DNA of 64,000 nucleotides from Escherichia phage CMS-2020a: sequence record CP054387.1; one strand, 5' to 3'. Shown piece by piece: positions 63,971 to 64,000 of this stretch (position 1 is its first letter; each line of letters starts with the position of its first letter). The notes under the pieces were generated by a model. It saw only the letters and a program-made list of their open reading frames with translations, ran no database searches and was not told where the DNA came from. The position numbers and the translations under genes were made by a program.

Positions 63971-64000
63971 AAGCGACCGGGAATGTTCGTCCGCTACACG

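Larger units (their letters stand above)
47923..64000. mobile_element. prophage-like region B (early-type genes; continues beyond window end)
   Basis: Ea22-like, DUF551, methyltransferases, RNase H and exonuclease all on minus strand; shares dispersed palindromic motif with region A. Confidence 0.75.

Noticed and set aside
1-64000. Integrase, excisionase, attachment site, CI/Cro-type immunity genes
   Set aside because: Searched by eye for Tyr/Ser-recombinase motifs and flanking direct repeats; none found in this window, so element boundaries cannot be set.

Overview
The window is mostly a lambdoid siphovirus-type prophage-like element on the minus strand, interrupted by two intact enterobacterial core genes, metG (minus) and apbC/mrp (plus), at 44.6-47.9 kb. 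The late module runs from 33.0 kb down to 2.7 kb: two ParB-like proteins, an ABC ATPase, a GNAT-like protein, a wHTH regulator, terminase small and large subunits, portal, scaffold, major capsid, head-tail connectors, a lambda-like tail set (V, G/G-T, H, M, L, K, I, J), an S74-chaperone tail fibre and a lysis cassette. The left end (1-2.7 kb) carries plasmid-like genes: a truncated KAP-like P-loop NTPase, ParA plus a small partner, and a DUF1778/GNAT toxin-antitoxin pair. A plus-strand operon at 33.1-38.8 kb starts with an SF2 helicase and continues into eight uncharacterised, visibly AT-rich genes; this is my best candidate for an undescribed accessory or defence system. The right part (47.9-64 kb) is an early-type region: a LexA-box-controlled UmuD-prime/HumD-like gene, Ea22-like paralogs, DUF551, two orphan adenine methyltransferases, RNase HI with a basic N-terminal extension, and a DnaQ-like exonuclease. 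Several non-coding signals are not explained by the genes: a dispersed palindromic operator-like motif at about 12 sites, a duplicated ~90 bp palindromic element, iteron-like 31 bp tandem repeats beside a strand-skewed GT-rich tract, and a ~480 bp hairpin-dense intergenic region. No integrase, att site, tRNA, rRNA or CRISPR array was found. All family assignments rest on motifs read by eye and recalled family knowledge; no searches or computations were run.
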